DNA of 63,251 bases, counting the filler. It is 9 parts of 9 records of this genome, joined end to end, with 100 filler letters (N's around TTAATTAATTAA, not from the genome) between each part and the next. Parts side by side here need not be neighbours in the genome. Positions count along the whole stretch, not along the records: positions 30,511 to 34,181 come from SRR11831585_75; positions 34,282 to 41,665 come from SRR11831585_76; positions 41,766 to 48,330 come from SRR11831585_77; 6 more parts are not named here. One strand, written 5' to 3'. Both the position numbers and the translations under genes were made by a program. Positions 32,352-41,914 of this stretch are shown here, piece after piece. The first letter of the stretch is position 1; every line of letters starts with the position of its first letter. The notes below the pieces were generated by a model. That model saw only the letters and a list, made by a program, of their open reading frames with translations. It did no database searches and was not told the origin of the DNA.

Positions 32352-33070
32352 ATGCATAACGTAGTATTTGATGGCGGGGTTCCGCAATCAGAGCCGCAGG
32401 ATTTCAGTTATCAGCAGTTCCAGTATAACCAAACGCCACAGGCCGGTATGGGTGCGCCTATCGGGGGTCAAAGTCATGTCAGCGCCTACCGGTCAGACCC
32501 AAGCAATGAGCCACCGCTCCTAGAAGGTATACTTTTCGTCAAATTGTTTTTTTCCCCCGTTTGTGAGTAATAATGTGCTCCTTAGAGCTGGGAATTAACT
32601 TTTCGGAAATCATCGCCAAAAGTAAAGCCGTTCTGATTCCTCGTGCGGAAGATGCGCACGTGATGAACTCCATGGATCTTGCGGGCCCCCTCTGCTACTG
32701 CTTGCTTATAGGTGCGCTTCTCCTGCTCCGGGGCAAGCTGCACTTCGGGTACATCTACGGTGTCGGTGTGGTGGGTGTGGTGGGGGTGTGGGCGCTGCTC
32801 ACGCTGATGAACGCGAACGGGATGGACCTGTATCGCACCACATGCATTCTCGGATACTGCCTGCTGCCCATGGTTGCGCTCTCCGCTGTGGCGCTCATCC
32901 TACCGCGTGGGTTTCTGGCGCTGCTCTTTGGCGCGGGGGCGGTTGCGTGGAGCACCTTTGCGGCGTCGCTGATGTTTGTGACGGTGCTGGGCATGCGAGA
33001 GCAAAGAGCGCTGGTTGCGTACCCGGTGGCGCTTGTGTATGCGTGCTTTGCGCTGATCGCGATCTTCTGA
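32352..33070 (+). CDS. Yip1/YIPF5-like Golgi-ER membrane protein; exons 32352-32526 and 32586-33070 (start uncertain)
   Basis: 59-nt intron 32527-32585 restores EPPLLEELGINF; DLAGPL, GKLHFGYIYG, LGYCLLP, LVAYP motifs. Confidence 0.9.
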
Positions 33071-33400
33071 GCTGCTGCTATGTTCTGCGTGGCTATATGG
33101 TGTACGCGGGAGCAGCAGAACTTGCGCTGAAACGGTCCTGGGGCCAAACTGTTATCCAGCACGACTCTTGTCTATATCTCAGCCGTGTATTTATTCTTAT
33201 AAAGTACGTAAGGGCCACACCCTATGTGTGATCCTTTGTTCGCTCATATCGCATTGGTAATAGAGAGATGCAAATGGCACGACCCGTGCTAGATTGGCAG
33301 GCTTGCTTCGCCGCCACAGAAGTTGTAGTCATGGAAGTATAATGTGCAGCGCGTTGTTGGTAGCCTTCCTGTAATTCCTAGCACAGCGAGGTGTTGGTTC

Positions 33401-34150
33401 TTATGCGTACGGGGCAGCGTTGAGCGCGATGTAGAACTCATTCTCAGTGGGCACAGAGTCCGTCATGAGCGAGTTCGCGTACGCATGGCACACATGCGAG
33501 ATTCGCTACGCAAAAAGAAGTAGGATATCACGATGAGAGCATGCAAACGACTAGCAGGGTAAGTGAATGGGGCGTCCCACGCGCAATGATGACCGCATTG
33601 TCGCATGTTGCACGAAGCATACCGTCATCAGAGGCCGCACGTAGCGATGCCAAGCAATTCCCTACAGCCGCAGCAAACACACGATCAAATACCGTGTCGG
33701 ATCATCAGACCTGCACGACAGAAAACGACCCAACATACACATACAACACCCACACACTCTCTCTGTCTGTCTCTCTCTCCTTCTAGACATGGGCGCGACC
33801 CACACATACAATCACTTCACATCAACACTTGACGCACTGCGGCAAAACATATACATACCCCCTTCTGTCGTCTGAACTTGCGCGCTTCTACATGGTACGC
33901 GTCCGGCGTCATACGATATTCGTTGAATCGGTCCTGGAAGAGACGGTTGACCAGATTGGCAACCACCGCTAATACACGAACATGTGAGCGGACGGGCTGG
34001 GAGACGATGTCTCATAGCGGACCGGCAGAAGATACAACAGGAACAACAAACGCAACAGCAAATAAAACAAAAAAGGGGCAAACGTACTGCTCTGGGGATG
34101 TCGCGTGCGCCAATCCTTGTAGCCCTGTAAGAACGCGGGATACTTGAACG
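33401..34150 (-). CDS. 3' part of unknown multi-exon eukaryotic gene; exons 34150-34088, 33968-33859, (33661-33623), 33505-33401
   Basis: Phase-compatible GT-AG junctions give FKYPAFLQGYKDWRTRHPQSTVVANLVNRLFQDRFNEYRMTPDAYHVEARKFRRQKG(GIAWHRYVRPLMT)RISHVCHAYANSLMTDSVPTENEFYIALNAAPYA*; family not recognised. Confidence 0.55.
33624..33710 (-). ncRNA. Candidate box C/D snoRNA (competes with the optional exon 33661-33623)
   Basis: GTC-TGATGA...CTGA-TGAC with two segments antisense to conserved 18S rRNA sequence as recalled. Confidence 0.3.
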
Positions 34151-34152
34151 CT

Positions 34153-34181
34153 ACACACACACACACACACACACATACACA
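34153..34181. repeat. (CA)n microsatellite at contig end
   Basis: ACACACAC... run abutting the gap. Confidence 0.95.
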
Positions 34182-34281
34182 NNNNNNNNNNNNNNNNNNN
34201 NNNNNNNNNNNNNNNNNNNNNNNNNTTAATTAATTAANNNNNNNNNNNNNNNNNNNNNNNNNNNNNNNNNNNNNNNNNNNN
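34182..34281. other. Artificial contig linker
   Basis: Same 100-bp structure. Confidence 0.98.
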
Positions 34282-34350
34282 CCGTGTCGATGGAGGCGCA
34301 TTATAGGGAGTCGGCTCAGGAAGACAAGCGGAAAAATGCATTTTTATTTC
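34282..34350 (-). promoter_or_regulatory. rrnH P1 promoter (rRNA operon itself lost in gap)
   Basis: Minus strand: AT-rich UP element, TTGTCT (34327-34322), 16-bp spacer, TATAAT (34305-34300), GC discriminator GCGCCTCC; downstream of gmhB as in K-12. Confidence 0.92.
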
Positions 34351-34367
34351 AACCGCTCATCTTTTAA

Positions 34368-34943
34368 TCATTGTGCCGGTTTTTGCTGCTTTTTTATCGC
34401 TTGCGGCAGGTCTGCCAGGCTATTTAACACCCAATCCGCCGCGTTTTCTGCTTCAGGCGTAATAGGTTTACCCGTACGCACCAGCACTTTTGTTCCCACG
34501 TTCGCCGCAACCGCTGCCTGCATATCTTCTAATTTATCGCCCACCATATAAGAAGCGGCCATATCAATATGCAAATAATCGCGTGCTGACAAAAGCATCC
34601 CCGGATGTGGTTTGCGGCAATCGCAGACCTGGCGAAACTCTTCAACACTACCCTGCGGATGATGCGGGCAATAATAGATACCATCCAGATCGACATCTCG
34701 GTCCGCCAGCGACCAGTCCATCCACTCGGTCAGCGTTTCAAACTGTGCTTCGGTAAATTTACCGCGAGCAATGCCAGACTGGTTGGTTACTACCACCAGC
34801 GCAAAGCCCATTTTTTTTAGCTCGCGCATGGCGTCAATAACACCGTCGATAAATTCAAAGTTGTCGATCTCATGGACATAGCCGTGATCGACATTAATGG
34901 TGCCATCACGGTCAAGAAAAATTGCGGGTACGCTCTTCGCCAC
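34368..34943 (-). CDS. gmhB: D,D-heptose 1,7-bisphosphate phosphatase
   Basis: 191 aa; [13 protein letters not shown]. Confidence 0.97.
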
Positions 34944-35032
34944 CTTTTATAGCTCCTTAATAAGGCATGTGACGCTAGTATCGCATGTTTCGACCTGCAA
35001 GAAAGTGCTCTTCGCATAAACCTGATTGATTT

Positions 35033-35056
35033 AGACGTCTGGATGCCTTAACATCC
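35033..35056. promoter_or_regulatory. Tandem Met boxes (MetJ operator) of metNIQ
   Basis: AGACGTCT GGATGCCT TAACATCC. Confidence 0.85.
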
Positions 35057-35130
35057 ATTTCATTGACGGCGTTGCCCGTTTCAGGCATTCGAGATGCCAC
35101 GACTAACTTAATGACGATAATAAATAATCA

Positions 35131-36162
35131 ATGATAAAACTTTCGAATATCACCAAAGTGTTCCACCAGGGCACCCGCACCATCCAGGCGTTGAACAACG
35201 TCAGCCTGCATGTGCCAGCTGGACAAATTTATGGCGTTATCGGTGCCTCAGGCGCGGGTAAGAGTACGCTTATACGTTGTGTAAACCTGCTGGAGCGCCC
35301 AACCGAGGGTAGCGTGCTGGTCGATGGCCAGGAACTGACCACGCTGTCAGAATCCGAGTTGACCAAAGCTCGCCGCCAGATTGGTATGATTTTCCAGCAT
35401 TTTAACCTGCTCTCTTCGCGTACTGTTTTTGGCAACGTGGCTCTGCCGCTGGAGCTGGACAACACACCGAAAGACGAGGTCAAACGTCGCGTGACGGAAT
35501 TGCTGTCATTGGTTGGTCTTGGCGATAAGCATGATAGCTACCCGTCGAATCTTTCCGGTGGGCAGAAACAACGTGTGGCAATTGCCCGTGCGTTAGCCAG
35601 CAATCCCAAAGTATTGCTGTGTGATGAAGCCACCAGCGCGCTGGACCCGGCAACGACACGTTCTATTCTCGAACTGCTGAAAGACATCAACCGCCGTCTG
35701 GGGTTGACGATTCTGTTGATCACCCACGAAATGGACGTTGTGAAGCGCATTTGTGATTGCGTGGCGGTCATCAGCAATGGAGAACTGATCGAGCAGGACA
35801 CGGTAAGTGAAGTGTTCTCGCATCCGAAAACGCCGCTGGCGCAGAAGTTTATTCAGTCGACCCTGCATCTGGATATCCCGGAAGATTACCAGGAACGTCT
35901 GCAAGCGGAGCCATTTACTGACTGCGTGCCGATGCTGCGTCTGGAGTTTACCGGTCAATCGGTCGATGCCCCACTGCTTTCTGAAACCGCGCGTCGTTTC
36001 AACGTCAACAACAACATTATTAGCGCGCAGATGGATTACGCCGGTGGCGTTAAGTTCGGCATCATGCTGACTGAAATGCACGGCACACAACAAGATACGC
36101 AAGCCGCCATTGCCTGGCTGCAGGAACACCATGTAAAAGTAGAGGTACTGGGTTATGTCTGA
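35131..36162 (+). CDS. metN: Methionine ABC transporter ATPase
   Basis: 343 aa; [13 protein letters not shown]. Confidence 0.97.
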   Translation: MIKLSNITKVFHQGTRTIQALNNVSLHVPAGQIYGVIGASGAGKSTLIRCVNLLERPTEGSVLVDGQELTTLSESELTKARRQIGMIFQHFNLLSSRTVFGNVALPLELDNTPKDEVKRRVTELLSLVGLGDKHDSYPSNLSGGQKQRVAIARALASNPKVLLCDEATSALDPATTRSILELLKDINRRLGLTILLITHEMDVVKRICDCVAVISNGELIEQDTVSEVFSHPKTPLAQKFIQSTLHLDIPEDYQERLQAEPFTDCVPMLRLEFTGQSVDAPLLSETARRFNVNNNIISAQMDYAGGVKFGIMLTEMHGTQQDTQAAIAWLQEHHVKVEVLGYV

Positions 36163-36807
36163 GCCGATGATGTGGCTGCTGGTTCGTGGCGTATGGGAAA
36201 CGCTGGCAATGACCTTCGTATCCGGTTTTTTGGTCTTTGTGATTGGTCTGCCGGTTGGCGTTCTGCTTTATGTCACGCGTCCGGGGCAATTATTGCTAAC
36301 GCGAAGCTGTATCGTACCGTTTCTGCGATTGTGAACATTTTCCGTTCCATCCCGTTCATTATCTTGCTTGTATGGATGATTCCGTTTACCCGCGTTATTG
36401 TCGGTACATCGATTGGTTTGCAGGCAGCGATTGTTCCGTTAACCGTTGGTGCAGCACCGTTTATTGCCCGTATGGTCGAGAACGCTCTGCTGGAGATCCC
36501 AACCGGGTTAATTGAAGCTTCCCGCGCAATGGGTGCCACGCCGATGCAGATCGTCCGTAAGGTGCTGTTACCGGAAGCGCTGCCGGGTCTGGTGAATGCG
36601 GCAACTATCACCCTGATTACCCTGGTCGGTTATTCCGCGATGGGTGGTGCAGTCGGTGCCGGTGGTTTAGGTCAGATTGGCTATCAGTATGGCTACATCG
36701 GCTATAACGCGACGGTGATGAATACGGTACTGGTATTGCTGGTCATTCTGGTTTATTTAATTCAGTTCGCAGGCGACCGCATCGTCCGGGCTGTCACTCG
36801 CAAGTAA
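36155..36807 (+). pseudogene. metI: Methionine ABC permease with -1 frameshift near 36288 (probable sequencing error)
   Basis: ATG 36155 [17 protein letters not shown]; frame switches at CCGGGGCAATTATT; span 653 nt versus 654. Confidence 0.9.
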
Positions 36808-36846
36808 CGTTCAACACAACATAAATAATTGAAGAAGGAATAAGGT

Positions 36847-37662
36847 ATGGCGTTCAAATTCAAAACCTTTGCGGCAGTGGGAGCCCTGATCGGATCACTG
36901 GCACTGGTAGGCTGCGGTCAGGATGAAAAAGATCCAAACCACATTAAAGTCGGCGTGATTGTTGGTGCCGAACAGCAGGTTGCAGAAGTCGCGCAGAAAG
37001 TTGCGAAAGACAAATATGGCCTGGACGTTGAGCTGGTAACCTTCAACGACTATGTTCTGCCAAACGAAGCATTGAGCAAAGGCGATATCGACGCCAACGC
37101 CTTCCAGCATAAACCGTACCTTGATCAGCAACTGAAAGATCGTGGCTACAAACTGGTCGCAGTAGGCAACACTTTTGTTTATCCGATTGCTGGTTACTCC
37201 AAGAAAATCAAATCACTGGATGAACTGCAGGATGGTTCGCAGGTTGCCGTGCCAAACGACCCAACTAACCTTGGTCGTTCACTGCTGCTGCTGCAAAAAG
37301 TGGGCTTGATCAAACTGAAAGATGGCGTTGGCCTGCTGCCGACCGTTCTTGATGTTGTTGAGAACCCCAAAAATCTGAAAATTGTTGAACTGGAAGCACC
37401 GCAACTGCCGCGTTCTCTGGACGACGCGCAAATCGCTCTGGCAGTTATCAATACCACCTATGCCAGCCAGATTGGCCTGACTCCGGCGAAAGACGGTATC
37501 TTTGTTGAAGATAAAGAGTCCCCGTACGTAAACCTGATCGTGACGCGTGAAGATAACAAAGACGCCGAGAACGTGAAGAAATTCGTCCAGGCTTATCAGT
37601 CTGACGAAGTTTACGAAGCAGCAAACAAAGTGTTTAACGGCGGAGCTGTTAAAGGCTGGTAA
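36847..37662 (+). CDS. metQ: Methionine-binding lipoprotein
   Basis: 271 aa; lipobox LVGC, ANAFQHKPYL. Confidence 0.97.
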   Translation: MAFKFKTFAAVGALIGSLALVGCGQDEKDPNHIKVGVIVGAEQQVAEVAQKVAKDKYGLDVELVTFNDYVLPNEALSKGDIDANAFQHKPYLDQQLKDRGYKLVAVGNTFVYPIAGYSKKIKSLDELQDGSQVAVPNDPTNLGRSLLLLQKVGLIKLKDGVGLLPTVLDVVENPKNLKIVELEAPQLPRSLDDAQIALAVINTTYASQIGLTPAKDGIFVEDKESPYVNLIVTREDNKDAENVKKFVQAYQSDEVYEAANKVFNGGAVKGW

Positions 37663-37779
37663 TTTTTAGGCTGTTTCCACAATTTGTAATATCATTCAGG
37701 ACGGGCGCTTGCCCGTCTTGTCATTTTTACAAGCTCCTGATTCAATATTGACGTTTTGATCATACATTGAGGAAATACT

Positions 37780-38184
37780 ATGCGTGCTTTACCGATCTGT
37801 TTAGTAGCACTCATGCTAAGCGGCTGTTCCATGTTAAGCAGATCCCCTGTCGAACCCGTTCAAAGCACTGCACCCCAGCCGAAAGCGGAGCCTGCAAAAC
37901 CGAAAGCGCCGCGCGCCACGCCGGTCCGAATTTATACCAATGCAGAAGAATTAGTCGGCAAACCGTTCCGCGATCTCGGTGAAGTCAGTGGCGACTCTTG
38001 CCAGGCCTCTAATCAGGACTCTCCGCCGAGCATTCCAACCGCACGTAAGCGGATGCAAATCAACGCCTCTAAAATGAAAGCCAATGCTGTATTACTGCAT
38101 AGCTGCGAAGTCACCAGCGGTACGCCAGGCTGCTATCGTCAGGCTGTATGTATCGGTTCTGCGCTTAACATTACGGCGAAATGA
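37780..38184 (+). CDS. rcsF: Outer-membrane lipoprotein RcsF
   Basis: 134 aa; LSGC lipobox, Pro-rich linker. Confidence 0.97.
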   Translation: MRALPICLVALMLSGCSMLSRSPVEPVQSTAPQPKAEPAKPKAPRATPVRIYTNAEELVGKPFRDLGEVSGDSCQASNQDSPPSIPTARKRMQINASKMKANAVLLHSCEVTSGTPGCYRQAVCIGSALNITAK

Positions 38185-38888
38185 GCAGTTTCCAGTTCGA
38201 GCAAATAGGCGTTATTCGCTCGCCCTATAAAGAAAAGTTCGCCGTTCCGCGCCAGCCAGGTCTGGTAAAAAGCGCCAACGGCGAACTGCATCTCATTGCT
38301 CCCTACAACCAGGCCGACGCCGTTCGCGGCCTGGAAGCGTTCAGCCATTTATGGATCCTTTTCGTCTTTCATCAAACGATGGAAGGCGGCTGGCGTCCGA
38401 CTGTGCGTCCACCGCGCCTCGGCGGTAACGCCAGAATGGGGGTTTTCGCAACACGCTCTACTTTCCGCCCTAACCCAATTGGCATGTCGCTGGTAGAGCT
38501 GAAAGAGGTTGTTTGCCATAAAGACAGCGTGATTCTGAAGCTCGGCAGTCTGGATCTGGTCGATGGTACGCCGGTAGTGGATATCAAACCGTATCTCCCC
38601 TTTGCCGAATCGCTTCCCGATGCCAGTGCCAGCTATGCGCAAAGTGCGCCAGCTGCAGAGATGGCGGTGAGTTTTACCGCAGAGGTCGAAAAGCAGCTTT
38701 TGACGCTGGAGAAGCGTTATCCGCAGTTAACGCTGTTTATCCGCGAAGTACTGGCGCAGGACCCGCGCCCGGCCTATCGTAAAGGTGAGGAAACGGGCAA
38801 AACCTATGCCGTCTGGCTACATGATTTTAACGTTCGCTGGCGCGTCACCGACGCAGGTTTTGAAGTCTTTGCGCTGGAACCGCGTTAA
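38181..38888 (+). CDS. trmO: tRNA m6t6A37 methyltransferase (YaeB/TsaA)
   Basis: 235 aa; GVFATRSTFRPNPIG, DGTPVVDIKPY. Confidence 0.96.
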   Translation: MSSFQFEQIGVIRSPYKEKFAVPRQPGLVKSANGELHLIAPYNQADAVRGLEAFSHLWILFVFHQTMEGGWRPTVRPPRLGGNARMGVFATRSTFRPNPIGMSLVELKEVVCHKDSVILKLGSLDLVDGTPVVDIKPYLPFAESLPDASASYAQSAPAAEMAVSFTAEVEKQLLTLEKRYPQLTLFIREVLAQDPRPAYRKGEETGKTYAVWLHDFNVRWRVTDAGFEVFALEPR

Positions 38889-38999
38889 ATTCACGCCCTT
38901 CTCTTTTGACATTTCTTTTGCACTGGTAAACTAAATCACTTTTTTTTGTCCCAGGCTCGCCTTGAGCCTGTTCTACCTTCCAACTGGAACCGTAACAAC

Positions 39000-40718
39000 A
39001 TGCGTACTAGCCAATACCTGCTCTCCACTCTCAAGGAGACACCTGCCGACGCCGAGGTGATCAGCCATCAGCTGATGCTGCGCGCCGGGATGATCCGCAA
39101 GCTGGCCTCCGGGTTATATACCTGGCTGCCGACCGGCGTGCGCGTTCTGAAAAAAGTCGAAAACATCGTGCGTGAAGAGATGAACAACGCCGGTGCGATC
39201 GAGGTGTCGATGCCGGTGGTTCAGCCAGCCGATTTGTGGCAAGAGAGTGGTCGTTGGGAACAGTACGGTCCGGAACTGCTGCGTTTTGTTGACCGTGGCG
39301 AGCGTCCGTTCGTACTCGGCCCAACTCATGAAGAAGTTATCACTGACCTGATTCGTAACGAGCTTAGCTCTTACAAACAGCTGCCGCTGAACTTCTATCA
39401 GATCCAGACCAAGTTCCGCGACGAAGTGCGTCCGCGTTTCGGCGTCATGCGTTCCCGCGAATTCCTGATGAAAGATGCTTACTCTTTCCATACTTCTCAG
39501 GAATCCCTGCAGGAAACCTACGATGCAATGTATGCGGCCTACAGCAAAATCTTCAGCCGCATGGGGCTGGATTTCCGCGCCGTACAAGCCGACACCGGTT
39601 CTATCGGCGGCAGCGCCTCTCACGAATTCCAGGTGCTGGCGCAGAGCGGTGAAGACGATGTGGTCTTCTCCGACACCTCTGACTATGCAGCGAACATTGA
39701 ACTGGCAGAAGCTATCGCGCCGAAAGAACCGCGCGCTGCTGCTACCCAGGAAATGACGCTGGTTGATACGCCGAACGCGAAAACCATCGCGGAACTGGTT
39801 GAACAGTTCAATCTGCCGATTGAGAAAACGGTTAAGACTCTGCTGGTTAAAGCGGTTGAAGGCAGCAGCTTCCCGCAGGTTGCGCTGCTGGTGCGCGGTG
39901 ATCACGAGCTGAACGAAGTTAAAGCAGAAAAACTGCCGCAGGTTGCAAGCCCGCTGACTTTCGCGACCGAAGAAGAAATTCGTGCCGTGGTTAAAGCCGG
40001 TCCGGGTTCACTGGGTCCGGTAAACATGCCGATTCCGGTGGTGATTGACCGTACCGTTGCGGCGATGAGTGATTTCGCTGCTGGTGCTAACATCGATGGT
40101 AAACACTACTTCGGCATCAACTGGGATCGCGATGTCGCTACCCCGGAAGTTGCAGATATCCGTAACGTGGTGGCTGGCGATCCAAGCCCGGATGGCCAGG
40201 GTAGGCTGCTGATCAAACGTGGTATCGAAGTTGGTCACATCTTCCAGCTGGGTACCAAGTACTCCGAAGCACTGAAAGCCTCCGTACAGGGTGAAGATGG
40301 CCGTAACCAAATCCTGACGATGGGTTGCTACGGTATCGGGGTAACGCGTGTGGTAGCTGCGGCGATTGAGCAGAACTACGACGAACGAGGCATCGTATGG
40401 CCTGACGCTATCGCGCCGTTCCAGGTGGCGATTCTGCCGATGAACATGCACAAATCCTTCCGCGTACAAGAGCTTGCTGAGAAACTGTACAGCGAACTGC
40501 GTGCACAAGGTATCGAAGTGCTGCTGGATGACCGCAAAGAGCGTCCGGGCGTGATGTTTGCTGATATGGAACTGATCGGTATTCCGCACACTATTGTGCT
40601 GGGCGACCGTAACCTCGACAACGACGATATCGAATATAAATATCGTCGCAACGGCGAGAAACAGTTAATTAAGACTGGTGACATCGTCGAATATCTGGTG
40701 AAACAGATTAAAGGCTGA
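39000..40718 (+). CDS. proS: Prolyl-tRNA synthetase
   Basis: 572 aa from [25 protein letters not shown]. Confidence 0.98.
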
Positions 40719-40724
40719 TGCCAG

Positions 40725-40755
40725 AAAGGGTCCTGAATTTCAGGGCCCTTTTTTT
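40725..40755 (+). terminator. proS intrinsic terminator
   Basis: AAAGGGTCCTGAATTTCAGGGCCCTTTTTTT. Confidence 0.85.
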
Positions 40756-40771
40756 ACATGGATTGTATAAA

Positions 40772-41596
40772 ATGGATAAACCAAAGGCGTACTGCCGCCT
40801 GTTTCTCCCCAGCTTTCTTTTACTTTCGGCTTGTACCGTTGATATCAGCCAGCCAGACCCATCAGCCACAGCAGTAGATGCCGAGGCAAAAACATGGGCT
40901 GTCAAATTCCAGCATCAAAGCTCTTTCACCGAACAATCAATAAAAGAAATAACGGCACCTGATCTCAAACCCGGCGATTTGCTGTTCTCCTCAAGCCTTG
41001 GGGTAACCTCATTTGGAATCCGCGTCTTCAGCACTTCCTCTGTGAGTCACGTTGCAATCTTTCTGGGTGATAATAACGTTGCAGAAGCGACAGGCGCTGG
41101 CGTCCAGATCGTTTCCCTTAAAAAAGCGATGAAGCATAGTGATAAGCTTTTCGTCTTACGAGTCCCGGATCTTACCCCGCAACAAGCCACAGATATCACC
41201 GCGTTTGCCAATAAAATCAAAGATAGCGGTTATAACTATCGCGGCATTGTCGAATTTATTCCCTTTATGGTGACTCGCCAGATGTGCTCACTGAATCCGT
41301 TCTCCGAGGATTTTCGCCAACAGTGCGTCAGCGGCCTGGCGAAAGCGCAGTTAAGCAGTGTGGGCGAAGGAGACAAAAAGTCGTGGTTTTGTTCGGAATT
41401 TGTCACGGATGCCTTTGCCAAAGCCGGGCATCCACTTACACTGGCGCAATCGGGCTGGATTAGCCCTGCCGATCTGATGCATATGCGTATTGGTGATGTC
41501 TCTGCGTTTAAGCCAGAAACGCAGTTACAGTATGTTGGGCACCTGAAGCCTGGGATTTATATCAAGGCGGGTCGCTTTGTTGGTTTGACCCGGTGA
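40772..41596 (+). CDS. yaeF: Permuted NlpC/P60 lipoprotein
   Basis: 274 aa; LSAC lipobox, VSHVAI, WFCSE. Confidence 0.93.
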   Translation: MDKPKAYCRLFLPSFLLLSACTVDISQPDPSATAVDAEAKTWAVKFQHQSSFTEQSIKEITAPDLKPGDLLFSSSLGVTSFGIRVFSTSSVSHVAIFLGDNNVAEATGAGVQIVSLKKAMKHSDKLFVLRVPDLTPQQATDITAFANKIKDSGYNYRGIVEFIPFMVTRQMCSLNPFSEDFRQQCVSGLAKAQLSSVGEGDKKSWFCSEFVTDAFAKAGHPLTLAQSGWISPADLMHMRIGDVSAFKPETQLQYVGHLKPGIYIKAGRFVGLTR

Positions 41597-41637
41597 TAAA
41601 GTAAATGCCTTATCCGCCTTAAGGTATGAGGGGGGTT

Positions 41638-41665
41638 GTAGGCATGATAAGACGCGCCAGCGTCG
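41638..41665. repeat. REP (partial) at contig end
   Basis: GTAGGCATGATAAGACGCGCCAGCGTCG. Confidence 0.88.
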
Positions 41666-41765
41666 NNNNNNNNNNNNNNNNNNNNNNNNNNNNNNNNNNN
41701 NNNNNNNNNTTAATTAATTAANNNNNNNNNNNNNNNNNNNNNNNNNNNNNNNNNNNNNNNNNNNN
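41666..41765. other. Artificial contig linker
   Basis: Same 100-bp structure. Confidence 0.98.
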
Positions 41766-41788
41766 AAAACATTCATATTACCCAGCAT
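41766..41788 (-). CDS. mgtS: Small protein MgtS (YneM), first codons only
   Basis: GGAGG RBS then ATG CTG GGT AAT ATG AAT GTT TT (MLGNMNVF), downstream of ydeE. Confidence 0.85.
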
Positions 41789-41914
41789 TATTTGCCTCCG
41801 TTTATGGTGTGGTGTGTTTCCTCGCTTACCTTAATTTTCATCTCAATGAGAAAGATATTAGCAGAGGTAACCTAAACGAAGGCTGAATTAAATCTTTATT
41901 GTGTTCGACTTAAA

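Noticed and set aside
30031..34943. Eukaryotic genes inserted in an E. coli chromosome, or E. coli genes transferred to a eukaryote
   Set aside because: Every junction is a linker, and the bacterial DNA carries the recA1 lab allele with normal K-12 gene order.
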